Source: Frankiales bacterium (GTDB taxonomy: Bacteria; Actinomycetota; Actinomycetes; Mycobacteriales; SCTD01). From it: 64,000 nt of DNA. The translations under genes were made by a program, and so were the position numbers. The stretch covers positions 85,336 through 149,335 of the forward strand of contig JAODND010000089.1 in NCBI GenBank assembly GCA_025465465.1. The letters are read 5' to 3'. The notes under the pieces were generated by a model, which did not search any database, had not been told where the DNA came from, and saw only the letters and a program-made list of their open reading frames with translations. The stretch's first letter is position 1. Every line of letters starts with the position of its first letter. This document shows, in pieces, positions 29,575 through 39,466 of this stretch.

Positions 29575-30713
29575 GCTGTCCCCCTGGTGCTGGCCGGTCC
29601 CAGTTCGTCGGCGAGTTGCCCGACATGGGCCGAGGGCCGACCGAGCAGTTCGCGGTCGGTGCGTGCCCGCTTGAAGTACAGGTGCGCGTCGTGCTCCCAC
29701 GTGAAGCCGAGACCGCCGTGCAGCTGGATGGCCTCCGAGGTGACGGCCACCGCGGCCTCCGCGCAGAAGGCCGCGGCGACGAGCGGCGCGATCGCTGGAT
29801 CGGGAGTTCCCGTGCTCACCGCCTGGGCTGCCGCGTGTGCAGCCGAACGCGCCGACTCGACCTTGATGAGCATGTCGGCAGCCTTCTGCTTCACGGCCTG
29901 GAACGAACCGATCGGACGGCCGAACTGGACTCGGGACTTGGCGTAGGCCACGGTCATGTCCAGGGCCCGCTGCGCGACGCCGACCTCTTCGGCGGCCAGC
30001 AGCGCGCGGCTGATGCGCAGCGCCTCCTCGAGCACCTGGGGGGCGAGCGCTGTGTCGCTGAGCAAGCTGGCGGACGCGGCCGCGAGGCTGAGCTTTGCCT
30101 GCCGACGGGTCAGGTCCAGCGACACCAGCGGGCTGGCCGTCACGTCAGGTTGCGCGGCGTCGAGGTGGAGCAGGACGGGGCCCGTCGGACCCTCCGCGAC
30201 GACGAGGAGGTCGTCGGCCGTCGCCCCGTCCACCACCGGGGCGATCGTGCCGCTGACGGTCCAGGTGCCCTCGTGTGCCCTGGCGCTGAGGGGCTGGCTG
30301 CTGAAGGGCCCTGCGCCGAACAGGACGGTCGCGGTCCGCTCGCCGCGGCACAACGGGGGTATCAGGGCATGGGCACGCTCACCTGCTGCCAGCAGCAGCG
30401 GGACGGCGAGCGCGGCGGTCGCGAACAGCGGCGCGCACAGCAGCGCGGCGCCGGCTTCCTCGAGGACCACGGCCTGCTCGCGCCAGCTGAGCCCCGAGCC
30501 TCCGAGCTGTTCCGGCACAGCGAGTCCCACGACGCCGAGCTCGCCGCAGAGGCGCTTCCACACGTGCGCCTCCCAGCCGTGCGGGGAGTCCATCGTCGTG
30601 CGGACCGCTTCCGGCGGGGAGAGCGAGCGCAGCGCCTGGCGCACCGTGTCCTGCAGCTCGGCGAGCTCGGCCGCGGTCGTCGTCGGTGCGACCACGCTGA
30701 CGGGCGCCGTCAT
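29571..30713 (-). CDS. Acyl-CoA dehydrogenase, partner-type subunit
   Basis: YAKSRVQFGRPIGSFQAVK, LHGGLGFTWEHDAHLYFKRA; ATGA overlap at 30713. Confidence 0.9.
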   Translation of the reverse strand: MTAPVSVVAPTTTAAELAELQDTVRQALRSLSPPEAVRTTMDSPHGWEAHVWKRLCGELGVVGLAVPEQLGGSGLSWREQAVVLEEAGAALLCAPLFATAALAVPLLLAAGERAHALIPPLCRGERTATVLFGAGPFSSQPLSARAHEGTWTVSGTIAPVVDGATADDLLVVAEGPTGPVLLHLDAAQPDVTASPLVSLDLTRRQAKLSLAAASASLLSDTALAPQVLEEALRISRALLAAEEVGVAQRALDMTVAYAKSRVQFGRPIGSFQAVKQKAADMLIKVESARSAAHAAAQAVSTGTPDPAIAPLVAAAFCAEAAVAVTSEAIQLHGGLGFTWEHDAHLYFKRARTDRELLGRPSAHVGQLADELGPASTRGTA

Positions 30714-31978
30714 CGGTTCACGTCGCGCTGCGAGAAGGCATCCGCTGCGGCGGCGACGGCCTCGGACAGCGTCGTCGCGCGACCGGGTGGCGACGGCAGC
30801 TCGACGGGACCGTGCTCGCGACTGGGCAGCAGGACAGTGGCCGTGGCCGGTGTCGTCTCGACCCCGCGCTGGTTGGTGCACCTGAGCGCGATCTCAACCG
30901 CAGGACGGCCGCCCTCGGCGAGGTAGGACCGGGTCACCTCGCCGGTGATCCACTGGACGTCGCCGACGTAGTTGAACTGCCGGAACTCCACCCGCAGCCG
31001 CCACAGCCACGCGTCATCGCCCATCCAGTCGGTCAGCGCGTGGACGAGCCAGGTCTCACGCATCCGGCCGTAGTCGAACGTGGTCGGGTTCCCGCTCTTG
31101 ACGGCGAACGCCGGATCCCAGTGGACCCGCTGCATCACGTCCGGCACGCCGAGCTCGTCGCGGTGGTAGAAGCGCGGCACGCGCTGACGGTTCTGCCAGC
31201 CGAGCCGCAGGGGCGACACGTCATACATGCCCATCCCCATGCCGACGTGCCAGCAGACCATGTCGGTGACGGTCAGCGGCCCCTTGACCAGAGGCGTGAT
31301 GGCGTCACCGACGGTGACCTCCTCCCACCAGCGCGGCTCCGCGCCACGCGGCCCTTCGGTTGCATAGGCCGCCTCGACGGTCGCGAGCGCATCCTCACTC
31401 CAGGGCTCGACGACGACACCGTCGTACTTCTTGCGCTCACGTGCCTTGGCACGCTCCGTGCGGTACATCATCTTGTACTGGGCGCCGAGCAGCGTCCCGT
31501 CGCTGGTGGCGAACGCCTGTGCGGTCCATTCCTCGACGGCCCGGCCGGCGAACTCGCTCGCGTGGTCCAGGACTCCCACCAGCGCGGTGCGACGTTGCAC
31601 CGTGCCGTCCGGCCGCAGCGGCGCCCACCACTCACGCTCGCTCGCCGCGTAGAACGCATGCACACCGCGCAGTGGGTCGCCACGCAGTCCCCGGGCCTGG
31701 TCGCGCTCGGCGTCCGTAAGCTGGTCCTCACCGATGAGGCTGTCGCCGCCGATCAACGGTGGCGGGGCCACACTGCCCTTCCATACCGAGGCGGCGGCAT
31801 AGTCCGGGTCGCTCCACAACGGGTTGTCGTCGCCGTAGGACCACGCGACGGTGCGGAAGGCATCCTCACCGGGACGCCGGTAGTGGGGCCGGACGGGGTA
31901 GGGCTGCGGGATGCCGATGCGCTGCCGAAGCTGTTCGACGCCCTCGTCTGTGATGCGACCGGTGCTGTCCTCCGTCAT
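30710..31978 (-). CDS. Double hot-dog MaoC-family dehydratase
   Basis: YGDDNPLW.D.DYA N-terminal hot-dog, and C-terminal RVHWD, YGRM, EFRQFNYVGD; about 422 aa; GAGAGG upstream. Confidence 0.8.
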   Translation of the reverse strand: MTEDSTGRITDEGVEQLRQRIGIPQPYPVRPHYRRPGEDAFRTVAWSYGDDNPLWSDPDYAAASVWKGSVAPPPLIGGDSLIGEDQLTDAERDQARGLRGDPLRGVHAFYAASEREWWAPLRPDGTVQRRTALVGVLDHASEFAGRAVEEWTAQAFATSDGTLLGAQYKMMYRTERAKARERKKYDGVVVEPWSEDALATVEAAYATEGPRGAEPRWWEEVTVGDAITPLVKGPLTVTDMVCWHVGMGMGMYDVSPLRLGWQNRQRVPRFYHRDELGVPDVMQRVHWDPAFAVKSGNPTTFDYGRMRETWLVHALTDWMGDDAWLWRLRVEFRQFNYVGDVQWITGEVTRSYLAEGGRPAVEIALRCTNQRGVETTPATATVLLPSREHGPVELPSPPGRATTLSEAVAAAADAFSQRDVNR

Positions 31979-32015
31979 GCATCCTCTCCCGCTGAGCCCG
32001 TGCGCCGACCCTACG

Positions 32016-32030
32016 TATGTTGTATACACT
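32016..32030. promoter_or_regulatory. Putative GntR/FadR operator (motif 1)
   Basis: TATGTTGTATACACT in divergent spacer. Confidence 0.68.
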
Positions 32031-32059
32031 TTGCAAGCGCGCAACGGCGGGAGACGACT

Positions 32060-32785
32060 GTGACGGAGGGCCTGCTGGTCCGACGCGAAGGGCCGGTCGG
32101 TTGGCTCGTGTTCGACCGCCCCGAAGCCGGAAATGCGATGGATGCGGCCATGATGGAGGCGCTCCCGGCAGCCTGGTCCGACCTCGACGAGGACGCCGAC
32201 GTGCGGTGCATCGTGGTCACCGGCAACGGCAGCTCCTTCCAGACCGGCCTGGACGTCAAGCAGCTCAGCCGGGACCCCGCGGCGTTGAAGGCGATGTCGC
32301 GCCGGACGCGCGCCAACGACCTGCGGCTGACGGCAGTCCACTGCGGTGTGCAGAAGCCGGTCGTCACGGCGGTCAACGGCGTCTGCGCAGGTGGGGGTCT
32401 GCACTTCGTCGTCGACAGCGATCTGGTTCTCGCGAGCACGACAGCGTCCTTCCTCGATCCGCACGTGTCGCTCGGTCAGGTGAGCGCCTTCGAGGGGATC
32501 GGCCTGGCCCGGCGAGCGGCCTTCGGCGACGTGGCCCGCATGGTGCTGACCGGCGTCCATGCGAGGGTCACCGCGGAGCGCGCCCTCCAGCTCGGCTGGG
32601 TGGGCGAGGTCGTGCCGCCGGACGCCTTGCGGCAGCGGGCCCAGCACATCGCTGAGCAGGTCGCCGCCAACGACCCGACGGCGGTGCGCCACCGGCGGTG
32701 GGCGTTGTGGGCAGCGCTGGAAGACGTGGACGTCCGACGGGTGCGGTTGGCGACTGCTGGACCGACTGCCGGAGACGCAGCATGA
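32060..32785 (+). CDS. Enoyl-CoA hydratase/isomerase family protein (DPH-type)
   Basis: GNAMD, FQTGLD, KPVVTAVNG, FLDPHV; close paralogue of 27266-28087. Confidence 0.88.
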   Translation: MTEGLLVRREGPVGWLVFDRPEAGNAMDAAMMEALPAAWSDLDEDADVRCIVVTGNGSSFQTGLDVKQLSRDPAALKAMSRRTRANDLRLTAVHCGVQKPVVTAVNGVCAGGGLHFVVDSDLVLASTTASFLDPHVSLGQVSAFEGIGLARRAAFGDVARMVLTGVHARVTAERALQLGWVGEVVPPDALRQRAQHIAEQVAANDPTAVRHRRWALWAALEDVDVRRVRLATAGPTAGDAA

Positions 32786-34068
32786 CGAGCGGCAATGCAA
32801 GGGCGGAGCTCGAGTCGTGCGAGACCGCCGCTGACGTCGCCGAGGCGGTGCAGCGCTGGCTTGCCGCAGGGGTGCCCGCGCACTGGCGCGATGCCGCGGA
32901 ACGCGGAGGACCGTCGGCCGTGCGGGAGGTGCGGACACCGGAGGACTACCGCGGCTGGTATCCAGCCTTCGCCGCAACCGGCCTCGTCGTGCCGCAGTGG
33001 CCGACCCCCTACGGCGGTCTCGGGTGGGACCGCCGGCTGGCGAAGGCCGCAGAGCAGGTCCTGTCCCGCTATCACCTGCCGAGGCTCAACCCGCTCGGGC
33101 TCAACCTGGTGGCGCCGGCCCTGTTCGCGCATGGCACCGAGGATCAGCGCCTGCGGTATCTGCCGCCCATCGTGGACAACCGTGAGGTCTGGTGCCAGCT
33201 CTTCAGCGAGCCTGGGGCAGGGAGCGACTTGGCCTCTCTGGCGACGCGCGCTGTGCGGGCCGGCGACAGCTGGCGCATCACCGGTCAGAAGGTGTGGACG
33301 ACCTGGGCGCACCTTGCGGACTGGGGGGTGCTGCTCGCCCGAACAGACCCCGACGTCCCCAAGCGCCAGGGCATCAGCTATTTCCTCGTCGACATGCGCA
33401 GTCCGGGCATCGAGGTGCGTCCACTGCGCCACATCGGCGGCGAAGTGGACTTCAACGAGGTCTTCCTCGACGACGTGGTCGTTCCCGACCGCCAGCGCGT
33501 CGGTGACGTCCACGGCGGCTGGGCAGTGGCCCGCGCGACCCTGTCGGGTGAGCGGCAGATGGTCAGTGGCGCCGGCTCCGGTGGCGTCGACCGGATCGGC
33601 GGTAGCGGCGCCGGCCGGCTGCTCCGGCTCGCACAGGACCGCAGCGCGGCGGGACTTCCCGGGGGCTGGGACGACCCGTTGGTGCGCGACACGCTCGTCC
33701 GGCTGTGGATGGAGGAGCAGATCCGGTCGTGGACGAACGGCCGCGTGCGCGAGGGCCTCAAGGCGGGCCTGGCTCCCGGCCCGGAGAGCTCGATCGGCAA
33801 GGTCGCCGGCAGTGAGTTGAACCAGCGCATCCAGGCGGCCGCGGCCGACCTGCTCGGGGCGGACGCGACCGCCTGGGAGGGCGCGCAGGGCAGCTATGCC
33901 GAGCACATGCCTGCCGAGGTCCGCGGCATGCTGCGCAGCCGCGCCAACACGATCGAAGGGGGCACTTCGGAGGTGAACCGCACCATCCTGGCTGAGCGTG
34001 TGCTTGGCCTGCCCAAGGACCCGGACCCGTGGGAGGGCCGTCCTTGGCGCGAGGTCCCGAGAGGCTGA
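32782..34068 (+). CDS. Acyl-CoA dehydrogenase (catalytic-type subunit)
   Basis: WCQLFSEPGAGSDL, GQKVWT, TLSGER, TIEGGTSE, ERVLGLP; ATGA overlap. Confidence 0.93.
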   Translation: MTSGNARAELESCETAADVAEAVQRWLAAGVPAHWRDAAERGGPSAVREVRTPEDYRGWYPAFAATGLVVPQWPTPYGGLGWDRRLAKAAEQVLSRYHLPRLNPLGLNLVAPALFAHGTEDQRLRYLPPIVDNREVWCQLFSEPGAGSDLASLATRAVRAGDSWRITGQKVWTTWAHLADWGVLLARTDPDVPKRQGISYFLVDMRSPGIEVRPLRHIGGEVDFNEVFLDDVVVPDRQRVGDVHGGWAVARATLSGERQMVSGAGSGGVDRIGGSGAGRLLRLAQDRSAAGLPGGWDDPLVRDTLVRLWMEEQIRSWTNGRVREGLKAGLAPGPESSIGKVAGSELNQRIQAAAADLLGADATAWEGAQGSYAEHMPAEVRGMLRSRANTIEGGTSEVNRTILAERVLGLPKDPDPWEGRPWREVPRG

Positions 34069-34100
34069 CGACGTCGCCTGCGGGCGCGAGAGGAGAACTG

Positions 34101-35252
34101 GTGGAGGACGCAGACGTGCGTGCCGTCGTGACGGCGGTGCGTCGGCTGGTGCGGGAGCGTGTGGTGCCGCTCGAGCAGCAGATCGACGAGACCGACGAGG
34201 TGCCCGGCGAGCTGCGCCAGGCCGCGGCTGACATGGGCCTGTTCGGGTTCGCGCTCCCTGAGGAGCACGGGGGCCTGGGCCTGTCCATGTCGCAGGAGGC
34301 GCTTCTCGTGATGGAGCTCGGTTGGACGACTCCGGCGTTTCGCTCCCTGTTCGGGACCAACAACGGCATCGCCGGGCACACCGTGAGCGAGGGCGGGACC
34401 GACCAGCAGAAGAAGGAGTGGCTGCCGAAGATCGCCAGTGGTGAGTGGACGGCATCCTTCGCACTGACGGAGGCCGAAGCGGGCAGCGATCCCGCCGGAC
34501 TGCGTACGACCGCGGTGCGGGAGGGTGACTGCTACGTGCTGACCGGCGCGAAGCGCTACATCACCAACGCGCCCGTGGCCGACGTGCTGCTCGTCTTCGC
34601 CAGGCACGGGCAGCACACCGACGCGAGCCGGGACGTCTCGGCCTTCCTCGTGCCACGGAACGCTCCGGGTCTGTCCGTCGGTCCGCGGGATCACAAGATG
34701 GGCCAGCATGGCGCGATGTCTGCCGAGGTGTTCCTCGATGACGTGCGCGTGCCGGCGTCGGCCCTGGTCGGCGAGGTCGAGGGCGAGGGCTATCGCACCG
34801 CGATGAGGAGTCTCGCGCACGGTCGTCTGCACATCGCGGCCCTGTGCGTCGGCATGGCGCAGCGGCTCCAGCGGGAGACAGTGCAGTACGCCCTCGCGCG
34901 GCAGCAGGCAGGTCATCCGATTGCCGACTTCCAGCTCATCCAGGGTCTCGTCGCGGACAGCCAGACCGATGTCGAAGCAGGTCGCGCGCTGCTGATGTCT
35001 GCCTGCGAGGCCTACGACAGTGGCGCAGACCGGCGGATGCTGCCGTCGTGCGCCAAGTACTTCTGCAGCGAGATGGTCGGTCGCGTCGCCGACCGGGCCG
35101 TCCAGGTCCACGGCGGCGCCGGTTACATGCGCGGCGTCGCTGTCGAGCGCTTCTACCGCGACGCCCGTCTGTTCCGAATCTACGAAGGGACCAGTCAAGT
35201 GCAGCAGGTGGTGATCGCCAAGCAGGCGTTCGCGCGGGCGGGCCAGGCATGA
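34101..35252 (+). CDS. Acyl-CoA dehydrogenase (homotetrameric type)
   Basis: FALTEAEAGSD, GAKRYITN, VHGGAGYM, RIYEGTS; GAGGAG RBS before GTG 34101. Confidence 0.93.
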   Translation: MEDADVRAVVTAVRRLVRERVVPLEQQIDETDEVPGELRQAAADMGLFGFALPEEHGGLGLSMSQEALLVMELGWTTPAFRSLFGTNNGIAGHTVSEGGTDQQKKEWLPKIASGEWTASFALTEAEAGSDPAGLRTTAVREGDCYVLTGAKRYITNAPVADVLLVFARHGQHTDASRDVSAFLVPRNAPGLSVGPRDHKMGQHGAMSAEVFLDDVRVPASALVGEVEGEGYRTAMRSLAHGRLHIAALCVGMAQRLQRETVQYALARQQAGHPIADFQLIQGLVADSQTDVEAGRALLMSACEAYDSGADRRMLPSCAKYFCSEMVGRVADRAVQVHGGAGYMRGVAVERFYRDARLFRIYEGTSQVQQVVIAKQAFARAGQA

Positions 35253-36715
35253 GCGAGCTGGTCACCGAGCCACGGATGCTCATCGACGGCAAGCTCGCCC
35301 CCGCGCTGTCCGGTCGTAGCTTTGCCAACGTCAACCCCGCCACCGAAGAGGTGCTCGGCACCGTGGCTGACGGCTCGGCCGAGGACATGGACGCTGCGAT
35401 CGACGCAGCCCGGACCGCGTTCGACCGGAGCGGGTGGGCCGACGACCTCGACCTGCGGATCCGTTGCCTGCGCCAGCTCGAGGAAGCACTCACCAAGCAT
35501 GCCGACGAGTTCCGAGCCACCGTTGTCGCGGAGGTCGGCTGTCCGGTGAGCCTCACCCGCATGGCGCAGTACGACACACCCGTCAAGGGCATCGGCTGGG
35601 TCGCCGACCTGGCCGGCTCCTACGCATGGGAGAGCTCACTGGGGCAGAGCGAGGCCTTCGGCATCCGTACCGAACGCACCTTGCGGCGGGAGCCGGCCGG
35701 CGTGGTCGGCGCGATCACCCCCTGGAACTTCCCCGTCCAGATCAACCTCGCGAAGGTGGCTCCCGCGCTGGCGGCAGGCTGCACGGTCGTCCTCAAGCCG
35801 GCACCGGACACGCCGTACTCCGCAACGCTTCTCGGCCGGGTGGCGGCGGAGGAGACCGAGCTGCCGCCTGGCGTGCTGAACGTGGTCACCTCCGCCGGCC
35901 ATGAGGTCGGCCAGCAGCTGTCCGAGGATCCGCGGGTCGATCTGATCTCGTTCACCGGGTCGACAGCAACCGGACGGCGCGTCGTGCAGGCGAGCGCCGG
36001 CAACCTCAAGAAGGTGTTTCTCGAGCTCGGTGGGAAGTCCGCCCACATCGTGCTGGACGACGCCGACCTGAGCGCAGCTGCCTTCGCCGCGGCCTTCCAG
36101 ATCATGGTGCATTCGGGGCAGGGCTGTGCCATCACGACGCGGTTGCTGCTGCCCCGGTCCCGCTACGACGAGGGAGTGGACGCCCTGGTCGAGATGATGA
36201 GGTCCATCCCCTACGGCGACCCCACCGATCCGGCGACGCTCGGCGGGCCGCTCATCCGTGAGCAGCAGCGCCAGCGGGTGCTGTCCTACATCCGCACCGG
36301 CGTCGAGGAGGGCGCCAGGATCGCCCTCGGCGGCGGCGTTCCGGCGCACCTGCCGAAGGGCTTCTATGTCGAGCCGACTGTGCTCGTCGAGGTCGACAAC
36401 GCGTCGACCGTCGCCCAGGAGGAGATCTTCGGGCCCGTCCTCGTCGTGATCGCCCACGACGGCGACGACGATGCCGTGCGGATCGCGAACGACTCGGCGT
36501 ACGGGCTGTCCGGCGCGATCACCAGCAGTGACACGGAGCGCGCCATGGCGGTCGCGCGCCGCATCCGCACCGGAACGATTGCCGTCAACGGCGGCGTGTA
36601 CTACGGACCTGACGTTCCGTTCGGCGGATACAAGCACAGTGGCGTCGGACGTGAGTCAGGCGTGCTCGGCTTCGAGGAGTACCTCGAAGCCAAGGTCATC
36701 GCCGGGGCGTGCTGA
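35249..36715 (+). CDS. Aldehyde dehydrogenase
   Basis: ITPWNFP, FTGST, LELGGKS, GQGC catalytic Cys, EEIFGPV; ATGA overlap. Confidence 0.95.
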   Translation: MSELVTEPRMLIDGKLAPALSGRSFANVNPATEEVLGTVADGSAEDMDAAIDAARTAFDRSGWADDLDLRIRCLRQLEEALTKHADEFRATVVAEVGCPVSLTRMAQYDTPVKGIGWVADLAGSYAWESSLGQSEAFGIRTERTLRREPAGVVGAITPWNFPVQINLAKVAPALAAGCTVVLKPAPDTPYSATLLGRVAAEETELPPGVLNVVTSAGHEVGQQLSEDPRVDLISFTGSTATGRRVVQASAGNLKKVFLELGGKSAHIVLDDADLSAAAFAAAFQIMVHSGQGCAITTRLLLPRSRYDEGVDALVEMMRSIPYGDPTDPATLGGPLIREQQRQRVLSYIRTGVEEGARIALGGGVPAHLPKGFYVEPTVLVEVDNASTVAQEEIFGPVLVVIAHDGDDDAVRIANDSAYGLSGAITSSDTERAMAVARRIRTGTIAVNGGVYYGPDVPFGGYKHSGVGRESGVLGFEEYLEAKVIAGAC

Positions 36716-37503
36716 TGGACGGCGTCGGTGGCCTGCGCGCGATCATCGCCGGTGCGTCGTCAGGGGTCGGCAGAGCGGTCGCGCTGCGCCTGGTGAAGGC
36801 TGGCGCGGACGTCCTCCTCGTGGGACGGGACGCCGACCGTCTGAAGGAGCTGCAGTACGCGGCCGGCGGCGGAGACGTGCTGGCGACCGATCTCAGCCTC
36901 CCGGACGGCGCCGAGCGGCTCATGGCCGCACTGGGCGACCGTCCCGTTGAGCTGCTCGTGAGCACCGTCGCTGTCGCCCCGCTGGCCTTCCTCGCCACCA
37001 CGACCCGGGCGCAGTGGGAGAACGCCCTCACCACCAACGTCATCGGTACCGCGTCGTTGTTGCAGGCCGTCGTCCCGCGGATGGCTCCGGCCGGCCTGCT
37101 CGCGGTCGTCTCGTCGGAGAGCGTCGGCCAGCACCGCACGGGTCTCGGCGCCTACGCCGCCAGCAAGGCGGCGCTCGAGGACATGATGGGCACCTGGCGC
37201 ACCGAGCACCCTGGCCTGCGCTTCACCACGGTCGCGCTCGGTGGAACCATGCCGACCGCGTTCTCCCAGGGCTTCGCCCCCGAGGTCGCGGCCGTCGCGG
37301 TGAACGACTGGGCCAGCCGCGGCCACATCCAGGAGCAGCTCATGCACACCGACGACGTGGCGGACGTCCTCACGGGGGTGCTCGTCTCCCTGATCGGGGC
37401 ACCGGGGGTGGGCGTTCCCCGCATCGAGCTCGCCTCGCCCTCAGCGGTGGCCGGCACGACCGCCCATCTCCGCAAGGTCGAGCAGCCCGTGACCCGCACA
37501 TGA
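36715..37503 (+). CDS. SDR family oxidoreductase
   Basis: GASSGVG, YAASK; TGATG overlap. Confidence 0.87.
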   Translation: MDGVGGLRAIIAGASSGVGRAVALRLVKAGADVLLVGRDADRLKELQYAAGGGDVLATDLSLPDGAERLMAALGDRPVELLVSTVAVAPLAFLATTTRAQWENALTTNVIGTASLLQAVVPRMAPAGLLAVVSSESVGQHRTGLGAYAASKAALEDMMGTWRTEHPGLRFTTVALGGTMPTAFSQGFAPEVAAVAVNDWASRGHIQEQLMHTDDVADVLTGVLVSLIGAPGVGVPRIELASPSAVAGTTAHLRKVEQPVTRT

Positions 37504-38231
37504 GTAACGACAAGGTCTACATCCACGAGTACATCGACATCACCAAGCAGGGCCGCGCGAAGTACATGCACCACATGACGGCCAACTGGAGCCCCCTGGC
37601 CCAGGAGCAACGAGGTCAGCTCTGCTACGGCGTGTGGGGCACGGTGGGGTCAACGGGCCGCTGGCCCCAGGTCGTGAACCTGTGGGAGGAGGACGGGTGG
37701 GACGGGCTGACCTCGTCGTTCGCCCACGAGCTCGCCGATCCCTCGCTGCAGGACCCGGCCCTGGCCACGTGGTGGGCGACCGCCGCTGACCTCCGCAGCG
37801 GCGGCGTGGACCGCATCCTCGTGCCACATCCCAGCACGCGGACCATCGAGGAGCTGTGTCGCGCGAGCACGACCTACGCCGCGTACGCCCACGAGATGCT
37901 GACGGTAGAGCCCGGCCGAGCCGACGAGTTTCTCGACCTGGCCGTGGACGGCGTCGGCGAGGCGTCGGACAGCGGGTGGGTGCTCATCGGGGCCTTCCGC
38001 ACCGCGATGCGCCATGACGAAGAGGCCCTGCTGCTGTGGGGAATCCCGGACTGGCCGAGCTGGGGCAAGGCTGAGCGGCGCATGGCGGAAAGGGCCGCGG
38101 ACGCGGTCCCTTCGGCAGCGCGAGAGCTGCTGCGGTCGCGCGAGCGGATCCTGCTCGTCGACGCACCGCTCTCGCCGTTGCGCACGCACCGCCAGCCGCA
38201 CCGTGAGGACCGCACCGGTTGGCAGGACTGA
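37500..38231 (+). CDS. NIPSNAP-like (dimeric alpha-beta barrel) protein
   Basis: Two repeated beta-alpha halves (YIHEYID...GVWGTVG..WPQVVNLWE; YAHEML...GAF...LLLW); resembles actinobacterial proteins I recall as NIPSNAP family; ATGA overlap. Confidence 0.6.
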   Translation: MSNDKVYIHEYIDITKQGRAKYMHHMTANWSPLAQEQRGQLCYGVWGTVGSTGRWPQVVNLWEEDGWDGLTSSFAHELADPSLQDPALATWWATAADLRSGGVDRILVPHPSTRTIEELCRASTTYAAYAHEMLTVEPGRADEFLDLAVDGVGEASDSGWVLIGAFRTAMRHDEEALLLWGIPDWPSWGKAERRMAERAADAVPSAARELLRSRERILLVDAPLSPLRTHRQPHREDRTGWQD

Positions 38232-38243
38232 CTCCTCGCTTCA

Positions 38244-39413
38244 TCAGTGCACCCCGAGGTCCGTCAGCTCGGCAAGCACCGCCTGGGTGTGCTGCCCCAG
38301 CGCCGGGACGGGCCCCGGGGCTACGTCCCAGGTGTCGGACTCTACGGGCGGGCGCAACGACAGGAAGCTTCCACCGGGGCACTCGGTGTCGCACCAACGG
38401 TCCCGCTCGACGAGCTGCGGGTGCTCCAGAACGTCGCTGACGGTGTTGAGGCGCGCATGTCCCAGGCCCGCCTGCTCCGCCGCCGCCCGTGCCTCGGCGA
38501 GGCTGTGCCGGCTCGTCCAGGCAGCGATCGCCTCGTCGAGTTCGGGGCGTCGCAGCACTCGGTCTGCGTTGCGTGCGTACCGCGGGTCCTCGGCCAGGTC
38601 GGCGCGGTCGAGGACCTGCTGGGCCAGCCGCCGCCACTCGCCGTCGTTGGTCGTGCCCAGCACGACCACCTGCCCGTCCTTGGTCCGGTAGGCCCCGTAG
38701 GGCGCCACCATCGGGCTGCTCAGGCCGTTCGGCACCGGGTCCTGGCCGCCGTAGCGAGCCTGGTTGAGCGCCCACCCGGCCCAGTCCGTCACGACGTCGA
38801 ACATGCCCACCGACAGCGCTGACCCGCTGCCGGTGCGCTCACGCTGCAGCAGGGCCGCGAGCACGGCCTGCGCGGCGTGCATGCCCGCGCCGATGTCGGC
38901 CAACGGGATACCCGGTTTGACCCGTGCGTCAGCGGTTCCGGTGAGAGCGCACGAGCCGGCTTCGGCTTGCACCAGCAGGTCATAGGCGCGGGCCGACTCC
39001 ATCGGTCCGCCGCGGCCGTAGCCGCTGACGTCGACGGCGATCAGTCGCGGGTACCGCATGAGAAGGCTGCGGGCGTCCAGCCCCAGCCGGGCCGCGGCAC
39101 CGGGAGCCAGGTTCTGCACCAGCACATCCGCAGTCGCGACGAGTTGCTCCAGGGCTTGCCGGCCGACGGGGTCCTTGAGGTCCAGCACGACGGACTCCTT
39201 GCCGCGGTTCGCCCAGGCGAAGTGCGCGGAGGTTCCGGCAACCACATCGTCGTAGCTGCGGGCGAAGTCCCCGCCCGCCTGGTTCTCGACCTTGATGACG
39301 CGCGCTCCGAGGTCCGCCAGCTGACGGGTGCAGTGCGGCCCTGAGACCGCCTGCTCGAGCCCGATCACCAGCACCCCGTCAAGGGGTGGCGAACCGCGAT
39401 CCTCAGGCGTCAT
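38244..39413 (-). CDS. Class III CoA-transferase (CaiB/BaiF family)
   Basis: LEQAVSGP, LADLGARVIKVE, NRGKES, YDLLVQA, PLADIGAG (Asp intact). Confidence 0.93.
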   Translation of the reverse strand: MTPEDRGSPPLDGVLVIGLEQAVSGPHCTRQLADLGARVIKVENQAGGDFARSYDDVVAGTSAHFAWANRGKESVVLDLKDPVGRQALEQLVATADVLVQNLAPGAAARLGLDARSLLMRYPRLIAVDVSGYGRGGPMESARAYDLLVQAEAGSCALTGTADARVKPGIPLADIGAGMHAAQAVLAALLQRERTGSGSALSVGMFDVVTDWAGWALNQARYGGQDPVPNGLSSPMVAPYGAYRTKDGQVVVLGTTNDGEWRRLAQQVLDRADLAEDPRYARNADRVLRRPELDEAIAAWTSRHSLAEARAAAEQAGLGHARLNTVSDVLEHPQLVERDRWCDTECPGGSFLSLRPPVESDTWDVAPGPVPALGQHTQAVLAELTDLGVH

Positions 39414-39431
39414 GTCGCGATCCCTCCCCAG

Positions 39432-39447
39432 TGTTGTATACAACATA
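39432..39447. promoter_or_regulatory. Putative GntR/FadR operator (motif 1, perfect palindrome)
   Basis: TGTTGTATACAACA perfect 14-bp palindrome in divergent spacer. Confidence 0.75.
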
Positions 39448-39466
39448 CGTGAAGGTGCGAAGCAGG

